A stretch of DNA of 31,269 bases from the NCBI GenBank assembly GCA_051650265.1, contig JBOFIR010000037.1, positions 1 to 31,269 of the forward strand. Reading direction: 5' to 3'. Source of the stretch: Cellulosilyticaceae bacterium (lineage in GTDB: Bacteria > Bacillota > Clostridia > Lachnospirales > Cellulosilyticaceae). The position numbers and the translations under genes are program-made. A model generated the notes under the pieces. That model was not told the DNA's origin, did not search any database, and was given only the letters and a program-made list of their open reading frames with translations. Shown here piece after piece: positions 17,906 to 26,776 of the stretch (the first letter of the stretch is position 1; each line of letters opens with the position of its first letter).

Positions 17906-18076
17906 AGAATCTCCCCCTTTCAAAGAGCAATATTTTATTATTATATATTATAATAAAATATTCTGTAAATATAAAAACGATTTTTAGAGACAGTGAATCG
18001 TCCTATCGACCTAGAAAGGGATGTGTTACAATGTGAAGAGCATGTATCAAATAAGAGAGCGAGGAAGGAGTAACCC

Positions 18077-18607
18077 ATGCGCTATGTGATTGTTTCAGAA
18101 GTAAGAGGTGCAGCAGGTATTTTTAATAACAACTTAAGAAAAGAAGTTTTGGAGCAGTTTGGCGCAAGATCTTCTAAGCTTCCAGCACATATCACACTCA
18201 AAGCGCCTTTTGAATACGATGGTGATTTGAAAGCGCTTGATGCAATCTTAGAGCACTTCGTCAGTAGGGAGTGGGCACAGCCATACCAGGTGGCGGGTTA
18301 CAATCATTTTGATGATCGTGTGATCTATATGGATGTACAAATGTCTAGCACAGGTAAGGCGATGCACGACCGATTGATAGAGGTTATGGGTGAGTTGCCT
18401 TATATTCACTATACCGAGACAGATGGCAAGGATAAGGTGTTTCATGTGACCATCTCTTCAAAGAAGATTCAGGGTATTTATACCCAGCTATGGGATTATG
18501 TGCATGAGTATCCTTGCATATTTGACTGTTGGTTTGATAATATCACCATCTATCGATGGGGAAATAATACATGGGAGTTGGACAGACGTTATGAGCTTGA
18601 ATTGTAG
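18077..18607 (+). CDS. 2H phosphoesterase superfamily protein (LigT / 2'-5' RNA ligase-like)
   Basis: Two H-x-T-x motifs (HITL near the N-terminus, HVTI near the C-terminus) at the spacing typical of the 2H fold. RBS GGAAGGAG. Confidence 0.6.
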   Translation: MRYVIVSEVRGAAGIFNNNLRKEVLEQFGARSSKLPAHITLKAPFEYDGDLKALDAILEHFVSREWAQPYQVAGYNHFDDRVIYMDVQMSSTGKAMHDRLIEVMGELPYIHYTETDGKDKVFHVTISSKKIQGIYTQLWDYVHEYPCIFDCWFDNITIYRWGNNTWELDRRYELEL

Positions 18608-18857
18608 AGAAAAATGTGGGGCGTGTTGTATTGCACCGTCCATTAGTTCCCCAATTCCAGGGATGGAGAAGGGGAAGCCGGCAGGCGTGCCTTGTATCCA
18701 ATTGGATGAAAATCTCAGATGTAAGATTTTTGGAGATCCACGTAGACCAAAGGTGTGTGGTGGATTGCAGCCTAGCCATGATATGTGTGGCAAAGACTGT
18801 GAGCAGGCGATGGCTTACTTGTCGGAACTAGAGAAAATGACAAGTCCAGACGCTTAA
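18591..18857 (+). CDS. YkgJ/UPF0153-type cysteine-cluster protein (CxxCxxCC putative metal-binding domain)
   Basis: [17 protein letters not shown]... carries the CxxCGxCC signature plus 6 further Cys. ATG 18591 overlaps the upstream gene by 17 nt. The track's longer ORF from 18498 runs through the preceding gene and is unlikely. Confidence 0.5.
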   Translation: MSLNCREKCGACCIAPSISSPIPGMEKGKPAGVPCIQLDENLRCKIFGDPRRPKVCGGLQPSHDMCGKDCEQAMAYLSELEKMTSPDA

Positions 18858-18919
18858 TATTGAGCAATAAATTAAAATAATGTAAAATAAGATGAACAAA
18901 TATTAAAGGTGGAGGCATT

Positions 18920-19960
18920 ATGGAACTAACGATTAACAAACAATATGTACTTGATACAGCGAAGAAGATATTATTATGCGATAGCCCGAGTGGTTTTTGC
19001 TATGATGTGATGGCTATTATCGATGAGATCGCAACAGGGTTTGGTTATGCATTTGAAACCACACAAAAAGGTTGTGGGATCATCACGATTCCAGGTCAAA
19101 AAGAGGGTAAAGTGATCGGACTTTCTGCACACGTAGATACGTTAGGTGCTATGGTTAGATCGATCAGTGGAAGTGGCACACTCAAATTTACTTTGATTGG
19201 TGGGCCGATCGCGCCAACACTTGATGGCGAGTACTGTACAGTTCGTACACGAGATGGCAGACGCTATACTGGGACATTCCTTAGTACAAGCCCAGCAGCG
19301 CATGTGTATGGTGATAGCAGTAGCAAATCAAGAGATCCTCAAAATATGGAAGTGCGTCTTGATGAGGTTGTGACATCAAAAGACGACGTAGAAAAGCTTG
19401 GGATCATGTCAGGGGACTTTATCTTTATTGATCCAAAGACAACGATCACAGAGAGTGGTTTTATCAAATCACGCTTTATTGATGATAAAGGAAGTGTTGC
19501 AGCGCTCATGGGCTTATTAGAAGCGCTGAGTACACAAAAGATTGTACCAACTTATACAACGAAGATCTTTATTTCTGTGTATGAAGAGGTTGGTCATGGT
19601 TCATCTTATATTCCTGCAGATATTACAGAGATGATTGCAGTGGATATGGGATGTATCGGTGATGATCTTAATTGCAGTGAGTATGATGTTTCTATCTGTG
19701 CCAAAGATTCTGGGGGACCTTATGACTATCAGATGGTAACAAATCTTGTAGAGCTGAGCAAAGCATATGAAATCAAGCACGTCATTGATATTTATCCAAT
19801 GTATGGCTCAGATGTAGGGGCGGCGCTAAGAGGCGGCAACAATATCAAAGGGGCACTCATTGGACCAGGTGTCCATGCATCACATGGTATGGAGCGTACA
19901 CACTACACAGCGTTAGAAGGCACGATTGCCCTTCTTTATCGTTATCTGATCCAGGAATAA
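18920..19960 (+). CDS. M42 family metallopeptidase (FrvX/deblocking aminopeptidase-like)
   Basis: SAHVDTLGAMV and DDKGSVAALM metal-ligand motifs, size (346 aa) and overall M42/M20 pattern. Confidence 0.65.
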   Translation: MELTINKQYVLDTAKKILLCDSPSGFCYDVMAIIDEIATGFGYAFETTQKGCGIITIPGQKEGKVIGLSAHVDTLGAMVRSISGSGTLKFTLIGGPIAPTLDGEYCTVRTRDGRRYTGTFLSTSPAAHVYGDSSSKSRDPQNMEVRLDEVVTSKDDVEKLGIMSGDFIFIDPKTTITESGFIKSRFIDDKGSVAALMGLLEALSTQKIVPTYTTKIFISVYEEVGHGSSYIPADITEMIAVDMGCIGDDLNCSEYDVSICAKDSGGPYDYQMVTNLVELSKAYEIKHVIDIYPMYGSDVGAALRGGNNIKGALIGPGVHASHGMERTHYTALEGTIALLYRYLIQE

Positions 19961-20017
19961 TTCTAGAGGGCGTGCAATAAATATAGCAACGAAGTAACAT
20001 AAATGGGGGGCGTTAGG

Positions 20018-20998
20018 ATGCATCAAGAGAGAATGAGCGCATACCTAGATAGACAAAAGAAGTTCAGCGGTGTGGTACTCCTTGCAAAAGGACAAGACAT
20101 TGTTGGGACTTATACAGCGGGGTATGCAGACCCAATAAAGCATGATCCCATTACCGAGGAGAGCCAATTTGTATTACCTGGCATCTCTAAACTTTTTGCA
20201 GTGCTTGCAGTCATGAATCTGAGCAGAGCAGGGGCAATTCGTAAGGAAGACCTGGTCAAGAAGTATGTGCCACAACTTGATAATGGTAAGGGCATCAATA
20301 TTGCGCATCTTATGAATCACACCTCTGGCATTGCGGATTTCATAGGAGAAAAAGAGATAGACTGCTATACGCAGCAACAGCCATGGCAGATTGTCAAAGC
20401 AATGATTGAGAAGAAGCCACGTTTTGACCCAGGCAAAAAATGCATGGAAAGTACAACAGACTACTTATTTTTGGCACATATCATAGAAGTGATTACAGGT
20501 GAGCGGTACCGTGATTTTGTAACAAGAGAGATCATGACACCACTAGGCCTCAAACATACATGTTTTGTAGAGGATACACCGCAGCATCTAGTGCGTGCTT
20601 ACCAAAAAGGAAAAGCGCAGGATCTCATGGATGCGTCAGTGCTTCTTGGGTGGAGTGATGTGGTCTCTACCGCAGAAGATTTGTTTAGACTCAGATGTGA
20701 GATTGAGGCAGGGAACTTCATCCCTTATCGTATGATAGAGGAGATGGAGAATCCTATAGGCAGAAACCGGTATGCAGATGCCTATAGGGTAGATGAACTG
20801 TGGAAAGAGAAATGCGTATACCTCATGGGAATGCAGAGTAGTGGTTATGGTGCCTACATGGCGAAATACAAAAATACAAATTATCTCACAATCGTTCTTA
20901 GTAGCGAGGCGGGAAAACTTGAGCCACAAGTAGTGGAGCAAGGCATGATGGAGAAGGTAAGAAATGAAAGGTTATCCTTTTTTAAAAAGATGGTATAA
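20018..20998 (+). CDS. Beta-lactamase-fold (serine hydrolase family) protein, probably catalytically degenerate
   Basis: ATG 20018 with GGGGGG RBS. F-x-L-P-G-I-S-K-L-F aligns to the family motif F-x-I-G-S*-x-S-K-x-F but has Gly at the nucleophile Ser position. No clear Y-x-N second motif. Confidence 0.5.
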   Translation: MHQERMSAYLDRQKKFSGVVLLAKGQDIVGTYTAGYADPIKHDPITEESQFVLPGISKLFAVLAVMNLSRAGAIRKEDLVKKYVPQLDNGKGINIAHLMNHTSGIADFIGEKEIDCYTQQQPWQIVKAMIEKKPRFDPGKKCMESTTDYLFLAHIIEVITGERYRDFVTREIMTPLGLKHTCFVEDTPQHLVRAYQKGKAQDLMDASVLLGWSDVVSTAEDLFRLRCEIEAGNFIPYRMIEEMENPIGRNRYADAYRVDELWKEKCVYLMGMQSSGYGAYMAKYKNTNYLTIVLSSEAGKLEPQVVEQGMMEKVRNERLSFFKKMV

Positions 20999-21006
20999 CT
21001 AAAGCA

Positions 21007-21042
21007 AAAGCGGTCATCCGAGTTATGGATGAACCGCTTTTT
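21007..21042. terminator. Bidirectional rho-independent terminator between convergent genes
   Basis: aaaagcggtcatcc / ggatgaaccgctttt stem (1-nt bulge) with flanking A- and T-runs. Overlaps the last codons of the minus-strand PHP gene. Confidence 0.6.
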
Positions 21043-21880
21043 GTTTGAGGTAAAGCCCCTCAAGAATATCGTAGGTGATGGCAAGTGAGCCATAACCTGA
21101 GCCAATCTCAAGATTAGGCTTGTTGATGCCGTGGAAATCGCTACCGCCTGTTGGTACAAGGTTGTACTTGAGGCAGAAGTTTAGAAGCATCACACTTTCT
21201 TCACTACTGTATTTGGCATAGATGGCTTCGAGACCATCAAGCCCTGCATGCATGAGATCCTTGAGAAAGACATCGAGTTCTTCTGTGCTAAAGCCATACA
21301 GAAGAGGGTGTGCAATGACAGCAATTCCGCCGGCTTCGTGAATGAGTGCGATACACTCCTCATAAGCCATGCTTTGCTTTGGTACATAGGCAGGTCTACC
21401 TGATGAGAGGTATTTGCTAAAAGCTTCATCCATGCTGGCCACATAGCCTTTTGCAAGGAGTGCACGGCCAAAGTGGGCACGTGTCAAGATGCTGTCCGCA
21501 TCGCCTTGGCTACGAAGGTCAGCCATTGTAATATCAAGACCAAGATCTTGCAGCTTTTCAAGCACAAGATCATTTCTACGGTCACGTTCACGTACGAGTG
21601 CTTCAAGTCTACCAAGAAGCTGAGGGTGGTTGGGATTAATATAGTAACCTAATACGTGGATTTCTTTTGATCCATAGTGAGCTGTAAGCTCAATTCCTGG
21701 AATAACTGTAAGATCTACAAGTTTCCCGGCGTCGATGCAAGTCATCACCCCTGAAGTGGTATCGTGATCAGTAAGTGCGATTGCACTGAGTCCTTTGGCT
21801 TTTGCATAAAAGGCAAGTTCGCGAGGGGTGAGTGTGCCATCTGATGTTGTTGAATGTACATGTAAGTCAATTAATTGCAT
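21023..21880 (-). CDS. PHP domain metal-dependent phosphoesterase (TrpH/YciV-like)
   Basis: MQLIDLHVHSTTSDGTLTPREL...ALTDHDT is the canonical PHP N-terminal His/Asp metal motif. RBS AAGGAGG. Confidence 0.75.
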   Translation of the reverse strand: MQLIDLHVHSTTSDGTLTPRELAFYAKAKGLSAIALTDHDTTSGVMTCIDAGKLVDLTVIPGIELTAHYGSKEIHVLGYYINPNHPQLLGRLEALVRERDRRNDLVLEKLQDLGLDITMADLRSQGDADSILTRAHFGRALLAKGYVASMDEAFSKYLSSGRPAYVPKQSMAYEECIALIHEAGGIAVIAHPLLYGFSTEELDVFLKDLMHAGLDGLEAIYAKYSSEESVMLLNFCLKYNLVPTGGSDFHGINKPNLEIGSGYGSLAITYDILEGLYLKQKAVHP

Positions 21881-21979
21881 AGTACGCCTCCTTAAATATC
21901 AATATATTTTATCATACTTCTGAGTGGTTGTACGTAAAATAAGAATAGGAATAATTTTTCGAGTAAAGGGGGGGAGAAG

Positions 21980-22390
21980 ATGAACAAGCACAAACATAGC
22001 AAAAAAATGCAGTTTGACATACCTGTCGTCGGGATGACACTACTTAAAGCGAATGTGATGGCATTTGCACTCACGGCAATCTTTATTATTTTTACTTCAA
22101 TCATGCTTACATATACCAATATTGGACCAAGTTTTGAAAAAGCAATTGTAATGGTTGGGTGTATGGCTGCTGCATTCTTAGTAGGATTCGACACTGCAAA
22201 AGTTGATACGCGAAATGGTTACAAGTGGGGCGCTATTGGCGGGATAAGCTATCTAGTAATATTCCTAATCATAGCAGCACTTACACAAGGCATGAGCGCA
22301 CTCAATATGGGTTATTTGTTTACTTTAGCAATACTTATCGTACTCAGCAGTGGTATAGCTGGTATGATTTCCGTCAATTCTCAAAAATAA
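21980..22390 (+). CDS. Small integral membrane protein (4 predicted TM helices), unknown function
   Basis: Strong RBS GGGGGGAG 6 nt upstream of ATG. Hydrophobic 136-aa product. Confidence 0.5.
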   Translation: MNKHKHSKKMQFDIPVVGMTLLKANVMAFALTAIFIIFTSIMLTYTNIGPSFEKAIVMVGCMAAAFLVGFDTAKVDTRNGYKWGAIGGISYLVIFLIIAALTQGMSALNMGYLFTLAILIVLSSGIAGMISVNSQK

Positions 22391-22401
22391 CCTTCTACTG
22401 T

Positions 22402-22429
22402 TTGCAAAACTAGCAAGATATGGTATAAT
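22402..22429 (+). promoter_or_regulatory. Sigma-A promoter for the SCIFF operon (-35 TTGCAA, 16-bp spacer, extended -10 TGgTATAAT)
   Basis: TTGCAA 22402-22407, TATAAT 22424-22429 preceded by TGg. About 30 nt upstream of the SCIFF ATG, with RBS GAGGAGGG. Confidence 0.55.
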
Positions 22430-22459
22430 GAAGCAGGTTTATTGCGAGGAGGGAAAAGA

Positions 22460-22597
22460 ATGAAACACGTTAAAACTCTTAATACTAAAAACTTAAAAAA
22501 CAGTGCAGCTAAAGGTGGTTGTGGTGAGTGTCAAACATCTTGCCAATCAGCATGTAAAACATCTTGTACTGTAGGAAATCAAGCTTGCGAAAAATAA
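22460..22597 (+). CDS. SCIFF (six cysteines in forty-five residues) ranthipeptide precursor
   Basis: Not in the ORF track. Hand translation gives MKHVKTLNTKNLKNSAAKGGCGECQTSCQSACKTSCTVGNQACEK (exactly 45 aa, TAA 22595-22597). Leader ends in GG and the core has six Cys. RBS GAGGAGGG 7 nt upstream. Immediately followed by its radical SAM maturase. Confidence 0.85.
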   Translation: MKHVKTLNTKNLKNSAAKGGCGECQTSCQSACKTSCTVGNQACEK

Positions 22598-22613
22598 GTT
22601 TTGATTAAAACAA

Positions 22614-22650
22614 AAGGCTATCGGCGTCAAGTTGGTAGCCTTATTTAATT
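22614..22650 (+). terminator. Weak intrinsic terminator/attenuator hairpin between SCIFF precursor and maturase
   Basis: 7-bp stem aaggcta / tagcctt with 15-nt loop, followed by atttaatt. Confidence 0.3.
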
Positions 22651-22682
22651 ATTCACATCATAGATGCAGAAAGGAAATCGAC

Positions 22683-24038
22683 ATGATTCATAAATTTAAA
22701 TTTGAAAACTCAAATATCGTAATGGATATTCATAGTGGCGCGGTACACCTTCTTGACGAAGTTGCTTACGAGATCGTAGAAGATGTACTTGCTTTAGCAA
22801 AAGACGAAGTATTAGGTAAGTATCAAGACCAGTTCCAGCAAGATGATCTGCTTGAAGCAGTTGAAGAACTCCTTGAACTCAAAGAGCAAGGAATGCTTGG
22901 AACAGAAGATACATATAGAGATCTTGTACCAGCATTCATGGATAGACAACCTGTAGTTAAAGCACTTTGTCTTCACGTAGCACATGACTGTAACCTCAAA
23001 TGTAAGTATTGCTTTGCAGGAGAAGGGGAGTACCATGGCGAGCGTGGCATGATGAGCGCAGAGGTTGGTAAAGCTGCGATCGATTTCCTTGCAAAAAACT
23101 CAGGTAATCGTAAAAATATCGAAGTAGACTTCTTTGGTGGAGAGCCACTTATGAACTTTGATGTTGTCAAAGAAGTTGTAGACTATGCAAGAAGCATTGA
23201 AGCAGAAGCTGGCAAGAACTTCAGATTTACAATGACAACAAATGGTGTACTCTTAAGTGATGAGATCATCGACTACCTCAATGAGCATATGCACAATGTG
23301 GTACTAAGTCTTGATGGTAGACCAGAAGTCAATGACCGTATGCGTCCAACATGCAATGGCAAAGGAAGCTACGATGTGATCCTTCCAAAGTTCAAGAAAC
23401 TTGTGGAAAAAAGAGGTGGTAAACAATACTATCTTCGTGGAACATTTACACACCACAACCTTGACTTTGCAGCGGATGTCACACATATGGCAGATCAAGG
23501 ATTCGGTGAAGTATCTGTAGAGCCAGTTGTTGCACCAACTGAGATGGACTACGCACTTCAAACAGGTGATATCAAACTCATCTGCAAAGAGTATGAAAAA
23601 CTTGCAAAAGAGATGCTTAGAAGACACAAAGAAGATGGCGAATGCTTCAACTTCTTCCACTTCATGATCGATCTTACAGGTGGACCATGTGTACACAAAC
23701 GTCTTGCAGGATGTGGTTCAGGGACAGAGTACCTTGCAGCAACACCAAATGGCGAACTTTACCCATGTCACCAATTTGCTGGTATGCCAGAATTCAAGAT
23801 GGGTGATGTATGGACAGGCGTAACAAATACTGAGCGTCGTTGTGAGTTCGAAAAATGCAACGTTTATAGCAAAGATGAATGTGCAAATTGTTGGGCGAAA
23901 TTCTACTGTAGTGGTGGTTGCGCAGCGAACTCATACCATTTCCATGGGCATATCAATGACACTTATGAGATTGGTTGTGAGCTTCAAAAGAAGCGTATTG
24001 AATGTGCAATTGGTCTAAAAGCTGAGCTTTGTGACTAA
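22683..24038 (+). CDS. SCIFF radical SAM/SPASM maturase (CteB-like thioether-forming enzyme)
   Basis: ATG 22683 with AAAGGAAA RBS (the track start at TTG 22632 lies inside the hairpin). CNLKCKYC radical-SAM CxxxCxxC motif near the N-terminus. C-terminal Cys-rich SPASM region (GGPCVHKRLAGCGSG...CANCWAKFYCSGGC). Product is 451 aa. Confidence 0.85.
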   Translation: MIHKFKFENSNIVMDIHSGAVHLLDEVAYEIVEDVLALAKDEVLGKYQDQFQQDDLLEAVEELLELKEQGMLGTEDTYRDLVPAFMDRQPVVKALCLHVAHDCNLKCKYCFAGEGEYHGERGMMSAEVGKAAIDFLAKNSGNRKNIEVDFFGGEPLMNFDVVKEVVDYARSIEAEAGKNFRFTMTTNGVLLSDEIIDYLNEHMHNVVLSLDGRPEVNDRMRPTCNGKGSYDVILPKFKKLVEKRGGKQYYLRGTFTHHNLDFAADVTHMADQGFGEVSVEPVVAPTEMDYALQTGDIKLICKEYEKLAKEMLRRHKEDGECFNFFHFMIDLTGGPCVHKRLAGCGSGTEYLAATPNGELYPCHQFAGMPEFKMGDVWTGVTNTERRCEFEKCNVYSKDECANCWAKFYCSGGCAANSYHFHGHINDTYEIGCELQKKRIECAIGLKAELCD

Positions 24039-24044
24039 TTAGAT

Positions 24045-24073
24045 TTGACTAAATTCACTAGCAATTATATAAT
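24045..24073 (+). promoter_or_regulatory. Consensus sigma-A promoter for secDF (TTGACT - 17 bp - TATAAT)
   Basis: TTGACT 24045-24050, TATAAT 24068-24073. RBS AAGGAGGAG upstream of the ATG at 24111. Confidence 0.55.
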
Positions 24074-24110
24074 CATTGTAGTGAGTTTTTAAACTAAGGA
24101 GGAGTAGAGG

Positions 24111-25382
24111 ATGAAAGGGAACAGCAAGACAAAACTCAAAAGTATTCTCGCTCTTATACTCGTTGTAGCAGTGATTGCGGTGAGCGTCGTCGTTGCTTAT
24201 ATGGGGGTAGGGGAAGATAATACGCTTGGGATTGAGAACATCAGATTAGGGCTTGACCTTCAGGGCGGCGTGAACATTATCTATGAAGCTGCTATTGAAG
24301 ATCCTACAGAAGATGACATGCGTGCAGCGCAAGCTATGATTCAAAACCGTCTTGATAAAGAGAATTATACTGAGGCGGAAGTTGCGATTGAGGGAAGCAA
24401 CCGTATTAGGGTAGATATTCCTGGTGTAGATGATCCTCAAAAAGCAATCAATGAGATTGCTGCAACAGCCATGTTAGTTTTCTATGATGGTGAAGGCAAA
24501 GAAGTCCTTGCAGGAAAGAATATCTCTAAGGCAGCAGCAGCGATGGCACCAAATAGCTTGGGTGTACAAGAGCCTGTTGTAAGTATTGAAATGGACAAAG
24601 AGGGTGCAGAGCTCTTCTCTGAGTTCACTAAAAATAATATTGGTAAGCCAATCATCATTACACTTGATGGTGTCGTGATTAGCCAAGCAAACATCCAAAG
24701 TCATATCAGTGATGGTAAAGGGATGATCTCAGGTAACTTTACACCAGAGTCAGCACAACAACTTGCAGAGCGTATTGAAGCAGGTTCACTGCCATTTGCA
24801 CTCAAGCCAATTTCTTCAAATGGTGTAGGGGCAAAATTAGGTATTGGCGCACTTAACACAAGTGTTAAAGCGGGTGTGATTGGTTTCATCTGTATCTTAG
24901 TATTCATGCTTATATTATTTAAAGTCAATGGTATTGCAGCGAATATCGCGCTTACATTCTATGTAGCCATTGTACTGATGATCCTCAGCTATACAGAATC
25001 AACGATGACATTACCAGGTATTGCAGGTTTTATCCTCTCCATCGGTATGGCAGTTGATGCCAACGTCATCATCTTCACACGTATCCGTGAAGAGCTTGAA
25101 AATGGTAGAAATGTACGTGCAGCGATTGATGCAGGTTTTGAAAGAGCACTCAATGCCATCGTAGATGGTAACGTGACAACGATGATGTCAGCTGTCGTTC
25201 TTTATGTTTTAGGAACAGGCCTCATCAAGAGCCTTGCTATGACACTGATTATTGGTAACGTGGTAGCCCTTTTCACAGCGCTTACAGTAACACGTTATAT
25301 TATCAAACTATTTGTAGGAATTGGAATCAAAAATCCTGTATGGTTTGGTGCAAGAAAAAAACGTCAGGTGAAGGAGGCATAG
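24111..25382 (+). CDS. secD: Protein translocase subunit SecD
   Basis: N-terminal TM, periplasmic domain with LGLDLQGGV motif, 6 C-terminal TM helices. Immediately followed by secF. Confidence 0.85.
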   Translation: MKGNSKTKLKSILALILVVAVIAVSVVVAYMGVGEDNTLGIENIRLGLDLQGGVNIIYEAAIEDPTEDDMRAAQAMIQNRLDKENYTEAEVAIEGSNRIRVDIPGVDDPQKAINEIAATAMLVFYDGEGKEVLAGKNISKAAAAMAPNSLGVQEPVVSIEMDKEGAELFSEFTKNNIGKPIIITLDGVVISQANIQSHISDGKGMISGNFTPESAQQLAERIEAGSLPFALKPISSNGVGAKLGIGALNTSVKAGVIGFICILVFMLILFKVNGIAANIALTFYVAIVLMILSYTESTMTLPGIAGFILSIGMAVDANVIIFTRIREELENGRNVRAAIDAGFERALNAIVDGNVTTMMSAVVLYVLGTGLIKSLAMTLIIGNVVALFTALTVTRYIIKLFVGIGIKNPVWFGARKKRQVKEA

Positions 25383-25385
25383 TTC

Positions 25386-26309
25386 ATGAAATTTATTGAA
25401 AACAGAAAGAAATTTTATGTGCTTTCACTCGTAGTCATTCTTGTAGGGTTACTTGCTATGCCTTATCATGCAATCAAAGGTGATGGTATGCTGAACTACG
25501 ATATCGAGTTCAGAGGTGGTACTGTTATGCAACTTGAGATTGGACAAGATTTTGATATGAATGAAGAGATCAGACCTTTAGTGATCGAACACTTAGGGGA
25601 TCCAAATCCAAGACTCCAGATGGTAACAGGTGAACAACAGGTCATCGTAACCACACAACCTACAGAGGTTGCGCAAAGAGAAGCATTAGTTAAAGCCATC
25701 AAGGATAAATACAAAATGCAAACAAGTCCGATGCTTTCAGAGAACTTTGTATCCCCAAGTATTAGTCCCGAGATCAAAGCCAAAGCAATCGAAGCAGTTG
25801 TATTAGGATCAATCCTTATGCTGATCTATATCAGTATCAGATTCAAAGATCTTAAGTTTGGGACAAGTGCTGTACTTGCACTCGTGCATGACGTTCTTGT
25901 GATGTTGGCGGTGTATTCATTATTCCGTATCCCAATCAACAATTCATTCATTGCAGCGATGCTTACTGTAATCGGTTACTCAAACAACGATACAATCATT
26001 GTATTTGACCGTATCAGAGAGAACAGAGGACGTATGAAAGCAGATGATACAACGCTGATCAATGCGAGTATCAATCAGACTTTAGCACGTTCAATCTATA
26101 CAAGTTTAACAAGTTTAGTCATGGTGACATTACTCTACATCTTCGGTGTAGAGTCAGTGAGATCATTTGCATTCCCACTCATGGTTGGTATTGCTGCAGG
26201 AACTTATTCATCAATCTTCGTAGCCAGCCCACTCCTCTTTGAGATGAGAAAATGGGAGCGTAACAAAAAGCAAAAACAAAAGCCAGAAGCGAAAGCAAAA
26301 AAGGCATAA
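25386..26309 (+). CDS. secF: Protein translocase subunit SecF
   Basis: N-terminal TM, DIEFRGGT motif, C-terminal multi-TM domain (RND-like). Starts 4 nt after the secD stop. Lys-rich C-terminal tail. Confidence 0.85.
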   Translation: MKFIENRKKFYVLSLVVILVGLLAMPYHAIKGDGMLNYDIEFRGGTVMQLEIGQDFDMNEEIRPLVIEHLGDPNPRLQMVTGEQQVIVTTQPTEVAQREALVKAIKDKYKMQTSPMLSENFVSPSISPEIKAKAIEAVVLGSILMLIYISIRFKDLKFGTSAVLALVHDVLVMLAVYSLFRIPINNSFIAAMLTVIGYSNNDTIIVFDRIRENRGRMKADDTTLINASINQTLARSIYTSLTSLVMVTLLYIFGVESVRSFAFPLMVGIAAGTYSSIFVASPLLFEMRKWERNKKQKQKPEAKAKKA

Positions 26310-26317
26310 AGTAAAGG

Positions 26318-26373
26318 ATAGCATATCAAATCACATGTGGTCTAGCATAGTGAAGCGATATGCTATTTTTTTG
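26318..26373 (+). terminator. Terminator-like hairpin after secF
   Basis: atagcatatc / gatatgctat 10-bp arms followed by ttttttt. The loop is long (29 nt) and may form additional internal structure. Confidence 0.4.
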
Positions 26374-26534
26374 TAGATCACGCCGTTAATATTCTGTATA
26401 AAGAAGCATTTTTCCAGTTGCAACCGAAGAGCAACTAAAAGTAGCGTTATAGTTGGTAGTGGCAACCACAAAATATTGGTATAGTAACCATAAGAAAGGA
26501 AAAGTCAAATATTAGAAAATCCCTTGGTGAAGTT

Positions 26535-26717
26535 TTGAAACAACACCGAATAGCGTGTAACATGACCCAAGAGTTTGTTGCAGAGGCAATTGGGGTCAGC
26601 AGACAGGCAGTATCCAAGTGGGAGAATGGTACATCGGACCCAAGCACATCGAATCTCATTGCACTGGCAAGATTATTCAAAATCTCTACTGAAGAGCTAC
26701 TGCACGAAGTGCAATAA
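26535..26717 (+). CDS. XRE-family helix-turn-helix transcriptional regulator (60 aa)
   Basis: LKQHRIACNMTQEFVAEAIGVSRQAVSKWENG is a classic Cro/C1-type HTH. Start is uncertain (TTG 26535 with weak GGTGA RBS, or ATG 26568). Confidence 0.5.
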   Translation: MKQHRIACNMTQEFVAEAIGVSRQAVSKWENGTSDPSTSNLIALARLFKISTEELLHEVQ

Positions 26718-26776
26718 ACGGGCACAACATAAGGTTTGAAAATTTAGAGCACACATAAAAAAAGGAAAGCGTGATC

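Noticed and set aside
17990-18076. 22-codon upstream ORF (ATGTGTTAC...) before the 2H phosphoesterase gene
   Set aside because: The GGGA sits directly against the ATG (no spacing) and the ORF runs into the real gene's RBS. Not credible as a leader peptide.
22225-22413. 62-aa ORF overlapping the end of the membrane-protein gene and the SCIFF promoter
   Set aside because: It has no RBS, overlaps a -35 element, and its product is Tyr/Arg/Ser-rich low complexity. The real small gene here is the SCIFF ORF 47 nt downstream.
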